Below are positions 1 through 12,065 of a stretch of 64,000 nt of DNA, piece by piece (positions within the stretch are counted from its first letter, which is position 1; every line of letters begins with the position of its first letter). The translations under genes and the position numbers were made by a program. The notes beneath the pieces are model-generated. The model had not been told where the DNA came from and searched no databases. It worked only from the letters and a program-made list of their open reading frames with translations. Source of the DNA: Phycisphaerae bacterium. GTDB lineage: Bacteria > Planctomycetota > Phycisphaerae > UBA1845 > Fen-1342. Where the stretch lies: assembly GCA_963675745.2 (NCBI GenBank), contig CAXXWX010000015.1, forward strand, positions 96,001-160,000, written 5' to 3'.

Positions 1-26
1 CCGATCTTCGGATCCCGATCGGAGGA

Positions 27-566
27 TTAACGCTTCGAGAACTGGAAGCGCCGGCGTGCCTTGCGGCGGCCGTACTTTTTGCGTTCAACGCGTCGTGCAT
101 CACGCGTGAGAAAACCAGCGTCGCGCAGCGTCGGCTCAATGCGCTTGTCGGCGGCCAGCAGGGCTCGGGCCATGCCCAGCAGCACCGCGCCGCTTTGTCC
201 CGTTGGTCCCCCGCCCTTCACGTTTACATGCACGCTGTACTTTCCGAGCGCGCCCACCGCCTCCAGCGGCGCCGTGACGGCGTTGCGGTCGACATCTTCG
301 GTGAAGTACGCCTTGACTTCGCGCTTGTTGATCAGAATCTTGCCGTCGCCCGGCATGATGCGGACGCGCGCGACGGCGGTCTTACGCCGTCCGGTGCCCC
401 AGAACATACCCTGGCTCGGGACGGTGTGCGTCTGCACCTCCGCCTCGGTGACAGTGGCGTCCTGTTCGGCCTCGGGTGTCGCCGCGGCCGGCTCAGCGTC
501 AGCCTGCGGCTTCTCCGCCGGCGTTCCCGCGTTCGTGGTTTCGGGAGTGTTTTCCGCTTCCGTCAC
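27..566 (-). CDS. rpsI: 30S ribosomal protein S9 with acidic N-terminal extension
   Basis: GTGRRKTAVARV, GGGPTGQSGA and C-terminal RKKYGRRKARRRFQFSKR motifs; lies directly downstream of rplM. Confidence 0.98.
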   Translation of the reverse strand: MTEAENTPETTNAGTPAEKPQADAEPAAATPEAEQDATVTEAEVQTHTVPSQGMFWGTGRRKTAVARVRIMPGDGKILINKREVKAYFTEDVDRNAVTAPLEAVGALGKYSVHVNVKGGGPTGQSGAVLLGMARALLAADKRIEPTLRDAGFLTRDARRVERKKYGRRKARRRFQFSKR

Positions 567-597
567 AATACCGATCCTCGATCAATAACCTGTTGAG

Positions 598-1041
598 CTA
601 CAGCGGCAGCGGCTCCGGCTGCTGGGCCTGGTGGTCATGCTGATCGCCCGTGTAGAGCTTGAGCTTGTTCAACATCTTGCGCGCCAGGGGATTCTTGGGC
701 AGCATGCGCCGCACCGCCTCGCGCAAGACGCGTTCGGGGTGGCGCTCCAGCATGGTCTTCATCGTGACGACCTGGCGCCCGCTCGGATACCCGCTGAAGC
801 TCTGGTAAACCGTCTGCTCGGGCTTGCGCGTGCCCGTTACCTTGACGTTGCCGGCGTTCAGCACGATGACAAAATCGCCGGTATCAACGTGGCGCGTGTA
901 GGTCGGCTTGTGCTTACCCATCAGCACGGTGGCGATGCGAACTGCCAGACGACCGAGCACCTGGTCGGTTGCATCGACCACGTACCACTTCTGCTCAACG
1001 TCGCCGGCCTTGGCCAGAAAACACTTATTCGCGGTTCGCAT
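598..1041 (-). CDS. rplM: 50S ribosomal protein L13
   Basis: WYVVDATDQVLGRLA, GKHKPTYT, DTGDFVIVLNA, VRRMLPKN motifs; start re-assigned to ATG at 1041. Confidence 0.97.
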   Translation of the reverse strand: MRTANKCFLAKAGDVEQKWYVVDATDQVLGRLAVRIATVLMGKHKPTYTRHVDTGDFVIVLNAGNVKVTGTRKPEQTVYQSFSGYPSGRQVVTMKTMLERHPERVLREAVRRMLPKNPLARKMLNKLKLYTGDQHDHQAQQPEPLPL

Positions 1042-1242
1042 AGTGCCTACACCTGTCAACCTGGTTGGGTCCGGCCCCGACAAAGGACCGAGACCTGCCA
1101 GTTTAAGCCCCCCAGACAACATGTCAACCGCGCGGGGGAATAACTGCGCGCAGGATTCGAGCAATCGGTGCGAGAACGGGCCGGCATAGCCGGTGGCGAC
1201 AGGCGGCGTCCCGGACACCGGACACCCGCACCGCCCCCCCCG

Positions 1243-1271
1243 CCGACGGCCTGCGAGGCGCAGGCCGCTAC
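1243..1271 (-). repeat. REP-like palindrome, GTAG-CGGCCTGCG-CCT-CGCAGGCCG family
   Basis: Reverse complement of the copy at 2633-2661; same sequence at 37082-37110. Confidence 0.85.
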
Positions 1272-1379
1272 ATCAGAGCCGCTGCATTAGAGTCCTCGGG
1301 CAGCGGGGCAGTGAAACCGAAAGTGCGCTCGTCGGTGCGGCTTAACGCTTTTGTTTACAGCCAGTTACGTCGTCACGCC

Positions 1380-2555
1380 TTACGCCCGCTCGACGATGCG
1401 GTCGATCAGGAAGCTGGACTTCTCCATCGCCTCGGTGGTGAACTCCCCAAAGTAGTCATGGACTTCGCGGAACATGCGCGAAAAGGCCGTCCTGTCGGCG
1501 TCGCTGACCGTCTCCTGAAGTCGACGGGCCGCATCGACAAACGCCGCAATCACCTTGCCCCCGACCGGATTGCCCATCTGGATGCCGGCATACAGATCGC
1601 TGGATTGCCCGAAGTGCCGGGCCGCCATCAGCAGCTCAATCAGATAGATGGGCGACGTGAACTCGAGCGTCTGCTGAAGCGGGACGCGCAGATCTGCCAG
1701 TGCCCGGCCCATGACCTCGGTCGCGAAGTGCGTCAGCACCTGCACGATCGCCATCGTCTCGTCGTGCGTCTCGGGAGTCGTCTCGACTATGTTCAGCCCC
1801 CGCGCGTGCAGCATCCTGTACACCCAGTCAAACCACTCATCGCCACGGCCGCGCGTCATCACCACGCGCTGGCCCTGAAGCGAGTGTACCGAGGGCCCGA
1901 ACAACGGATGCGTGCCCACAACCGCGGCCGCCGTCGAGTCGAGCATCGCGTGAACCGGCCCTGTCTTCACCGACGTTACGTCCATGATCAAGCCGTCCGT
2001 GCGCACCAGCGGCCCGAGTTCGCGTATCACGTCTTCGGTGCAGTCTATTGGTACGCTGATCAGCACGACGTCGGCGACGCGCGCGGCTTCCGCCGGCGTG
2101 AGCTGTGTGTCCAGATCGGCGATCAGCACCGCGTGACCCAGCTCGCCGAACATCTGGGCCATGCACGAGCCCATGCCTCCCTTGCCGCCGATGATTGCCA
2201 CCGTGCGCTGCTCGATGTCGGGTGGCACTTCGGCCTTCAAGGCCGCCTGGCGATCGCGGCTGGCCCACAGCACGAGGCGATAGATGCTCTCTATCACCTC
2301 TGGAGAGAGCCCAAGCTGGGCCGCGTGATCGCGCCGATCTGCAATCAGCTCGCGCTCGCGCGTAAAGTCACGAATGGCACGGCCTTCGCTGCGCTTGACC
2401 TGGGCGATTTCGCCGACCAGGCCGTTTCTCCGTTCGAGCAATTGGAGAATCTCGTGATCAACCGCGTCGACTATCGCCCGCAAAACCGGCAATGGCCGGT
2501 CCGATCCAGAGCCGTGAGATGACTGATTTGCATGCATTGGCGCGTTCCTGTCCAT
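1380..2555 (-). CDS. tyrA: Bifunctional chorismate mutase / prephenate dehydrogenase
   Basis: AroQ domain (LRAIVDAVDHEILQLLERR...RDFTRE) followed by IIGGKGGMG, DVTSVK, HPLFGP, HDETMA; start is 2555 or 2537. Confidence 0.92.
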   Translation of the reverse strand: MDRNAPMHANQSSHGSGSDRPLPVLRAIVDAVDHEILQLLERRNGLVGEIAQVKRSEGRAIRDFTRERELIADRRDHAAQLGLSPEVIESIYRLVLWASRDRQAALKAEVPPDIEQRTVAIIGGKGGMGSCMAQMFGELGHAVLIADLDTQLTPAEAARVADVVLISVPIDCTEDVIRELGPLVRTDGLIMDVTSVKTGPVHAMLDSTAAAVVGTHPLFGPSVHSLQGQRVVMTRGRGDEWFDWVYRMLHARGLNIVETTPETHDETMAIVQVLTHFATEVMGRALADLRVPLQQTLEFTSPIYLIELLMAARHFGQSSDLYAGIQMGNPVGGKVIAAFVDAARRLQETVSDADRTAFSRMFREVHDYFGEFTTEAMEKSSFLIDRIVERA

Positions 2556-2590
2556 GGCCGGTGGGCGCAACCGGCCGGTGTGGCAGCCCA

Positions 2591-2661
2591 ATAGCTGCCT
2601 GCGCTGCCGACGTAGCGGCCTGCGCCGTCGACGTAGCGGCCTGCGCCTCGCAGGCCGTCGG
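2591..2661 (+). repeat. REP palindrome (2633-2661) preceded by two partial heads at 21-bp spacing
   Basis: atagctgcctgcgc (2591), gtagcggcctgcgcc (2612), gtagcggcctgcgcctcgcaggccgtcgg (2633). Confidence 0.85.
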
Positions 2662-2831
2662 TGCGAAACAACGCCTCCATTGTCCCACGGCCGGCGCGGC
2701 GCCGGCCGCGACACGCTTGGTCAGCACGTGTGGCGCTCTGACGTTCTGTGCCAAGCTAGTCGAGCCGGCATGTTGTTTCAACCGCGTTGCAGGCTAGGAT
2801 GTTCACAATCGGGTCTCTGGAGGTACGCCGC

Positions 2832-3989
2832 ATGGCCATGCTTGCATATCACACCGCCGGCGAGTCGCACGGGCGCGCCTTGATCGCACTGGTTGAGGGG
2901 CTGCCTGGCGGCGTGCGCATCGACGAAGACTTGATCAACGCGGAGCTGAAGCGCCGACAAGGCGGGTATGGTCGCGGCGGTCGCATGCAAATCGAGAGCG
3001 ATCGTGTCACGGTGCTCAGCGGGATTCGCGCCGGGATGACGATAGGGTCGCCGATCGCAATGCAGATCGCGAATCGGGATTTTCGCATTGACGAGGCCCC
3101 TCCCGTCACGCGCCCACGGCCCGGACACGCGGACCTCGCGGGAAGTCTGAAACATCTCACCACCGATTGTCGGGAAACGCTGGAGCGTGCCTCGGCGCGC
3201 GAGACCGCGGCGCGCGTGGCGGCGGGTGCGCTGGTCCGCTGTCTGCTGGCGGAATTCGGCGTGCGCTGTGTCGGATATGTCGCCGAGGTCGGCAGCGCGC
3301 GCGCGGATGTGCCCGATGATGTTGCCCCCGATGTGCTGGTCGCTGCGCGCGACGCCAATGACATCTACACGCCCGACGAATCCGCCGTCGCCGCCATGAC
3401 CGACGTGATCCGCGCGGCCAAGCGGAACAAGGACACGGCCGGCGGCATCGTCGAGGTGCGCGTGTTCGGCCTGCCGATCGGATTGGGGAGCTGTCACCGC
3501 TGGCAGGATCGGCTGGACGGCCGTCTTATGCGTGCCATCGGCTCGATTCAGGCGTTCAAAGGTGCGGAGATCGGCCTGGGCTTTGATGCCGCCCGGCTTC
3601 CGGGCTCGCGCGTACACGATGCGATTTACTACGATGCCAACCAACGCCAGACGCCCAACTTCGGCTTTGTACGCAAGACGAATCGCGCCGGCGGGCTTGA
3701 GGGTGGAATGACCAACGGCATGCCCCTGGTGGTGCGCGGCGCGATGAAGCCCATCTCCACGCTGCTGCAAGGCCTGGAGAGCGTGGACTTGCAGACGCTC
3801 AAGCCGCAGCGTAGCGATTACGAGCGCAGCGATGTCTGTGCCGTCTCCGCCGCCAGCGTGGTTGCCGAAAACGCCGTCGCTTTTGAGGTGGCCCGCGCCT
3901 GGCTCGAGAAGTTCGGCGGCGACACGCTGGACGAGGTCAAGGCGGCATATGCGCACTACGGCGCGCAGGTGCGTGCGCTGGCGGATTGA
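2832..3989 (+). CDS. aroC: Chorismate synthase
   Basis: TAGESHG, RRQGGYGRGGR, PRPGHAD, ERASARETA, AGGLEGGMTNG, MKPIST; GGAGGT RBS upstream. Confidence 0.97.
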   Translation: MAMLAYHTAGESHGRALIALVEGLPGGVRIDEDLINAELKRRQGGYGRGGRMQIESDRVTVLSGIRAGMTIGSPIAMQIANRDFRIDEAPPVTRPRPGHADLAGSLKHLTTDCRETLERASARETAARVAAGALVRCLLAEFGVRCVGYVAEVGSARADVPDDVAPDVLVAARDANDIYTPDESAVAAMTDVIRAAKRNKDTAGGIVEVRVFGLPIGLGSCHRWQDRLDGRLMRAIGSIQAFKGAEIGLGFDAARLPGSRVHDAIYYDANQRQTPNFGFVRKTNRAGGLEGGMTNGMPLVVRGAMKPISTLLQGLESVDLQTLKPQRSDYERSDVCAVSAASVVAENAVAFEVARAWLEKFGGDTLDEVKAAYAHYGAQVRALAD

Positions 3990-4067
3990 TCAGCGGCGCC
4001 GGCGCACACCCGTCCAAGTCGTATAATGTCCCGGTGCTCTCGCATTCCGTGGTGACGGAGAACAGCT

Positions 4068-4541
4068 ATGCCAATCCGACCCAAGCGGATCCTGTGGCCG
4101 ACGGATTTCTCCGAGCTGTCGCTGCACGGCGGACGTTATGCCCGTGAGCTGCGCAAGCTGTTCAACTCGGAATTGCACATCATCCACGTACTGGCGGCGC
4201 CGATGTCGGCCGAGATCGCCGTCACCTTGCCCGCCGAGGTGCCGGTCACGCTGCCCGAGCCGGAGTTGATTGAGGCGGCCAAGGCCGGGCTCAGGCGCCT
4301 GATTGCGGATCATTTTGACGGCGATTCAACGATCAAATCCGACGCGTTTTTCGGCGGGGCTTCGACCAGCGTGGCCGAATATGCGAAACGCGAGAACATC
4401 GACCTGATCGTCGTGTCGACCCACGGCCGTACCGGTTTACAGCATGTGCTCATCGGCAGTACGGCTGAGCAGATCGTGCGCTACGCCCCCTGTCCCGTGC
4501 TGACAGTCAAGAACCCGGCGACTGATTTCCTCGAGGACTGA
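4068..4541 (+). CDS. Universal stress protein (UspA family)
   Basis: ILWPTDFS, DLIVVSTHGRTG, IGSTAEQIVRYAPCPVLTV; TATAAT at 4022-4027. Confidence 0.95.
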   Translation: MPIRPKRILWPTDFSELSLHGGRYARELRKLFNSELHIIHVLAAPMSAEIAVTLPAEVPVTLPEPELIEAAKAGLRRLIADHFDGDSTIKSDAFFGGASTSVAEYAKRENIDLIVVSTHGRTGLQHVLIGSTAEQIVRYAPCPVLTVKNPATDFLED

Positions 4542-4574
4542 CATCCGCGCTCGGTACCGCCGCCACGGGGCTCA

Positions 4575-7067
4575 ATGGTGTTCGGCTCTTTTGTGCTCAA
4601 CCAACCAGGCCTGCTTGCGACTGGCTGCGTGATTGTTGCCGCCGTCGGCGCATATACAAAACACAGGCGCGCCGCGATCCGCGCGGAGGCGAGCCGTCCA
4701 CACTGGTCAGCCGCGCTGTGCGCGTTGCCCGCGGCGATTATCATCGCCGCGCTGGCGGCTTTTCTGGTCAGCGCCGGCACTCAGACCGCGCATGCGCTGC
4801 TGCTCGCGCTGACGGTGGTTGTCGTGCTGCGCTTCGTCACCCAGGCGTACGCGCTCAGCGGCGGCGTCATCAAGGACCGCGCCGCCTGGTTGCTCGTAAC
4901 GACGCGAACGGCGGCGTGGCTCATCGTGATCATCTTTGTCGCACGGCCGGGCTGCGCATTTCGGGACGTCGAGTGGTCAGTACCGCTGCTGGTTGTGCTG
5001 CTCGATCAATCAGAGTCGATGTCGGTCAACGACGTTACTGACCCGACCGGACCACCTCTGACCCGGGCGGAGGCCGCCAACCGGGCGCTCGACGCGTCAC
5101 GCCGACAGATCGACAAGTTATCCGAGCGGTACGAGCTGCGTCTGGCGGGCATCGCTGACGTGTCGCAGCCGCTTGACCGCTGGCATGTTGATCCGCGGGC
5201 ACCCCTGACGTCGTTGGGTAACGCCCTGCGCGACGCCGGGCAGTTGCGTTCGCGTGATCAATTGGCCCCCGCTGCCGTGCTCGTGCTCAGCGACGGAGCG
5301 GACACCGTCGGGTCGCCCGAGAGCATGCACGCGGCGGCCGAACATCTGGCCGCTCAGGGCACGGGCATATTGGCGGTGGGTGTCGGCCCGGAAGATGGCG
5401 TGTCTCCGACGGTCGTGATGCGCCCGCTGCTGGTGCCGACACGTCTGGCCGCCCGCGACAGACTCCGCGTGACCGTTGAGGCCCAGGTCTCGGCTTGCGC
5501 CGAGAGTGACGCGGCCATCGTGCTGCGCTGGAACGACGAAGTCGCCGCGGAAGAGCGCGTACGGGTCGAGACGGCTGAATCCACCGTGCGCAGCGCGCAC
5601 ACAATCTGGCCGCCCGGACCGGGCGGCCACCGATTGACCGCGGCGGTGACACTCCCCGAATCCTGCGGCGGCCACACAGCCGAGACGTCGGCGGTGATCG
5701 AGGTCGCCGACAGTGAACTGCAAGTGCTGCTGCTCGACGGCCGGCCGCGCTCGGAGTTTTCATTCCTGGGGCGCGCCCTGGCAGGTATGCCCGGCACGAC
5801 GCTGCATCGCATGTTGACCGACACCGCCCGGCTCGGCGACACGCCCGGCGAAATCCCCTGGCCGGAGTACGACGTTGTCCTGCTGGGACAGGTGTCTCGC
5901 GCGGCGCTTTCCGATGAAGTGCTGCAACGGTTGTCCGACAGTGTCAGTCAGCACGGCACCGGTGTTCTGCTGGCCGGCGGTCAGCGCATGTTCAATGAGG
6001 GGCTGTTCACGGGCACCGCGCTGGCGGACCTGGCCCCCATCGGGTTTACCAGGATGGTGGTTGACGCCGCATATCGCCCGCGCTTCTCACCGACACCGCG
6101 CGGCCTGGCCCACCCGATTTTCGCCGGCGCAAACGACCTCGCGCAGTCGGCGGGCTATGCCGGCGCAAAGGAGATGTGGGCCGACTTGCCGCCGCTGGGT
6201 GGTACGGCGTTTCTCCGTAACGCGAAGCCGCTGGCGGAGGTGCTGGCCACGGCCAATGATCGCAGTCCCGTACTCGTGGCACAGGAGTTCGGGCGCGGCC
6301 GCTGCATCGTGGCCGGCTGGGAGAGCACGTGGAGTTGGGCATTGGCGTCGGACAACGGGGCGAAACTGCATCGCCTGTTCTGGCGGCAGCTCGTATCCTG
6401 GCTGGCCAACCGACGCCCGCGGCCGTGGGTGATTACCGATCGTGAGTGGTATGCGCGCAGCGCGCTGGATGCTGGCCAGCGAATCCAGATCCGCGCCGGT
6501 ATTGCGAGGTCGCCGGCCGAGGGACCACAGGATGCCGAGCCTGATTGGCAGCCGGAGTTGCACTTGCGGACACTCACCGGCACCGACGACAACGCGACCG
6601 CCGTCGATGTGCCGCTCAAGCGACAGCACGGCGAGTGGGTCGGCGAACTGGGCAGCCGTGACTTACCGGCGTCTTCGAATGACGCCGGTGCGTACGAGCT
6701 GGTATTTCGAGTTGGAGCGGCGGGTGATGATCCGGCAACCTCGCAGCCGACATTGGCCGGCCCGCATGACACGGCCCGTGCCCGATTCTCCGTGCGTAAG
6801 CTGAATCTGGAGCTCACCCCGCCAACCGCGAACCTGGCCGCCTTGCGCGAAACCGCTCGGCTGACAGCCGCCCACGGCGGAACCTACATCCCGGTCAGCC
6901 GCTTGCCGGGGTTGCTCGCGGAACTGGCTGAACATGATGCCCGCACGCCGCGCGAGGTCATAACGCGCCTGGAGCCGACCACCGATCACCCGTGGTTACT
7001 GCTGATCGCGCTGGCGCTGGCACTTGGCGGCGAATGGGGTACGCGCAAACGCTGCGGACTGGCCTAG
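4575..7067 (+). CDS. Membrane-anchored VWA-like / glutamine-amidotransferase-like domain protein
   Basis: N-terminal TM helices, LLDQSESM MIDAS-like motif, VLVLSDG, GVLLAGG, FGRGR...W, C-terminal TM ending EWGTRKRCGLA. Confidence 0.75.
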   Translation: MVFGSFVLNQPGLLATGCVIVAAVGAYTKHRRAAIRAEASRPHWSAALCALPAAIIIAALAAFLVSAGTQTAHALLLALTVVVVLRFVTQAYALSGGVIKDRAAWLLVTTRTAAWLIVIIFVARPGCAFRDVEWSVPLLVVLLDQSESMSVNDVTDPTGPPLTRAEAANRALDASRRQIDKLSERYELRLAGIADVSQPLDRWHVDPRAPLTSLGNALRDAGQLRSRDQLAPAAVLVLSDGADTVGSPESMHAAAEHLAAQGTGILAVGVGPEDGVSPTVVMRPLLVPTRLAARDRLRVTVEAQVSACAESDAAIVLRWNDEVAAEERVRVETAESTVRSAHTIWPPGPGGHRLTAAVTLPESCGGHTAETSAVIEVADSELQVLLLDGRPRSEFSFLGRALAGMPGTTLHRMLTDTARLGDTPGEIPWPEYDVVLLGQVSRAALSDEVLQRLSDSVSQHGTGVLLAGGQRMFNEGLFTGTALADLAPIGFTRMVVDAAYRPRFSPTPRGLAHPIFAGANDLAQSAGYAGAKEMWADLPPLGGTAFLRNAKPLAEVLATANDRSPVLVAQEFGRGRCIVAGWESTWSWALASDNGAKLHRLFWRQLVSWLANRRPRPWVITDREWYARSALDAGQRIQIRAGIARSPAEGPQDAEPDWQPELHLRTLTGTDDNATAVDVPLKRQHGEWVGELGSRDLPASSNDAGAYELVFRVGAAGDDPATSQPTLAGPHDTARARFSVRKLNLELTPPTANLAALRETARLTAAHGGTYIPVSRLPGLLAELAEHDARTPREVITRLEPTTDHPWLLLIALALALGGEWGTRKRCGLA

Positions 7068-7086
7068 GCGTGCAGACCCCGCCGCA

Positions 7087-8784
<1,698 letters not shown>

Positions 8785-9005
8785 TGCTGATGTCGCGGAT
8801 GAAGTCGCCGACGTGTCGGCGTATCAGTACCAGCCATTGCTGCGGCCCACTCTCATGTCTCGAGCCCAGTGCGTGGCGCCGGCGGTGCGGCCGGCGTCGA
8901 GTCGGCGACCTCCCATTGACTTTTCGGTCGCCCGCGTGGCCTCGCGCCGGCGCGCTTTGTCCACGGGTAACCCACGATAATAGTCGGTTGTTACGCCGCC
9001 CACAA

Positions 9006-9652
9006 TTACAGCGACTTGGCAGTAATCTCGTTGCTCTTGGCGTCGGTGACCAACTGCCCGAGCACCGTCTGGTTGTGTTCGCACCAGGCGCTGACCATGT
9101 GAATCGCCGACTGCGCGGCGACGTGATCGAAGCTGCCGCGGAGCGTCTTGCCGTCGATGGCGACCAGTCGGCCCAGCGGTTTGTCGGCCAGAGCATTCAT
9201 CCAGTTCAGGAAGCACTGTTCGAACTGGCGTGGATCGAGCCGGGCGAAAACCCGGCCGAAGGTATCGTGTGAGGGGATGCCGTGGGGCAGGTCGAGGAAC
9301 GTGCGGAACCACTTAAGCTTGGATTTGCCGAATAACTCGACCTGGGTCCAACCGTCGGCGCCGCAGATCACGGCGCAGATCGCAATGGTGAGAATGTCGT
9401 TGAGCGCGTGTCGTTTGGTTCGATCCACATCCTCGAGTTCGCGAAAGTGGCGCAGCAGGCCAGCGCGGGCTCCAACTTCCATGTTGCAGCTCCTTCCAAC
9501 AACGGGTTGACGTTGCTGGCGAGGCCTCGCCGTTCCTGTACACCGCCACCCTACCGTACACGCCCAACGAGCGCAACCCTAACAAATATAGAACAACGGA
9601 GCCCTCCCCCAAACCCCCACCTCAACCATCACAATTAGATGCAATCGCCCTG
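9006..9652 (-). mobile_element. Truncated ISAs1-family insertion sequence; transposase remnant at 9006-9482
   Basis: RHALNDILTIAICAVICGADGW, GIPSHDTFGRVF, AIDGKTLRGS, KSNEITA then an early stop at 158 aa; minus-strand end CAGGGCGATTGCATCTAA (9652-9635) resembles an ISAs1 terminal inverted repeat. Confidence 0.9.
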
Positions 9653-9802
9653 CTTCTCGCCCAGCCGATTCCCGCGAACCGCCTTGCGAGCCGGGGACCA
9701 TACCGCGGGAAGCAGTCGCGCGGGTGGTTGAATTGTCGGCGGTTGCGAGTAGCCTGTTAGGCTCGCGATATGTGGTCCGCGGCTACGTGAGGATGACCGA
9801 GC

Positions 9803-10801
<999 letters not shown>

Positions 10802-11092
10802 GGTTATCGACTATAGCCCGTGAACCCGGACATGCGGGGATTGTGCGGCCGCTGGCCGCCGACTTGGCGCCGCTGGCAGTTGCACGCTCCGTCCTGTGGC
10901 GCTTGGCGTAATTTCATCGTTTTTTGTGGCCGCGCGTGTTGCCAGAGCACTAAGCGCGGCGGCCTGGGGTTGGTATACTTCCGCTCCGCGGTTTTGTGGG
11001 GCCGCGGGCCGACAGCGAGTCGGTTGGACAGGCCGGACTGGCCTGGCGGGCGCGCGCGGCGCGACGCCCTTGACGCACGAAGGAGTTGGTTA

Positions 11093-11320
11093 ATGGCTAA
11101 GTACAAGATCGAAGTTGACCGGGATCTCTGCATCGGTGACCAGGCGTGCTGCGCCGAAGCGCCCAACACGTTCGAGATGGATGATGAGAACATCGCCACC
11201 GTCACCAAGGCGGATGGCGATTCTGATGAGGAGATCCTCGCCGCAGCGCAGATTTGCCCGGTCGATGCGATCATCCTGACAGACGCCGAGACTGGCGAGC
11301 AGGTCTGGCCCGAGGCCTAG
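11093..11320 (+). CDS. Monocluster ferredoxin, CxxDxxC...CP type
   Basis: MAKYKIEVDRDLCIGDQACCAEAPNTFEM...ICPVDAI; AAGGAG RBS before ATG 11093. Confidence 0.92.
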   Translation: MAKYKIEVDRDLCIGDQACCAEAPNTFEMDDENIATVTKADGDSDEEILAAAQICPVDAIILTDAETGEQVWPEA

Positions 11321-11371
11321 CCTGATCCGCTTTCTCAGTGGTGTCGAACGGAAGCAGACCGTAGAGACCTG

Positions 11372-11411
11372 CGGGCTTCAGCATGCGTCTGACTGCGCAT
11401 GCTGAAGCCCG
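11372..11411. terminator. 16-bp perfect inverted repeat between convergent ferredoxin and tRNA genes
   Basis: cgggcttcagcatgcg-tctgactg-cgcatgctgaagcccg; no U-tract, so terminator role is uncertain. Confidence 0.5.
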
Positions 11412-11638
11412 TCGCTCGTCTGAGCGGAATAGTGCGTGAGCGGCGCACCGCCTATGACGCCACTGTCGGGCGCGGCGCCCAGCGGGAAGGCCGCCGCTAT
11501 GACGGTCGCCGGGAGGTTTGCGCGCCCGGTTGCGCTCGCAGGTGATGTTGGCCGCGGGGGTAATCGCTCTTGACCGGACTTGATCGCCGATTAGGAACGG
11601 CAAGCGGCCTGCCGTTTGGGGGGGCTTCAAATAGACGA

Positions 11639-11712
<74 letters not shown>

Positions 11713-11774
11713 TCAACAACCAACCATTTCGACCGAAGCCGCGATCAGCGAGCGCGGGCTCGCGCTCGCGGCAC

Positions 11775-11860
11775 TGCCCGGGACTGGAGTCGAACCAGCA
11801 CGAGGTTTAACCCTCACCAGGCCCTCAACCTGGCGCGTCTGCCAATTCCGCCACCCGGGC
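11775..11860 (-). tRNA. tRNA-Leu(GAG)
   Basis: GCCCGGG acceptor stem, GGCGGAATTGGCAGACGC, CCAGG-TTGAGGG-CCTGG anticodon arm, long variable arm, GGTTCGACTCC; CCA not encoded. Confidence 0.97.
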
Positions 11861-12065
11861 GCCGCAGCCGGTCTCCCGGCCATTGGCGATTCCGCAGCGT
11901 ACGCAGACCGCCCCAAATCGTCAAGACCATTGGGATGATCAGCGCCTCCCAGGCGAGCCCGGCTGAGCGGCGAGGCTCGGCGGCGAGGGACTTGACGCGG
12001 CGCCCACCGGACGGATAAGGAGATGTGCGCCAGTGAGCCTGGGACGCATCAGAAAGGAGGCACGC

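Noticed and set aside
1311..2522. Long antisense ORFs (also 7351-8790, 9635-10786, 11814-13199, 52727-54286)
   Set aside because: Shadows of well-supported genes on the opposite strand, with no recognisable motifs
9001..9637. cacaatta direct repeat at 9001 and 9630 as an IS target-site duplication
   Set aside because: The second copy overlaps the putative terminal repeat rather than lying outside it, so it is probably coincidental
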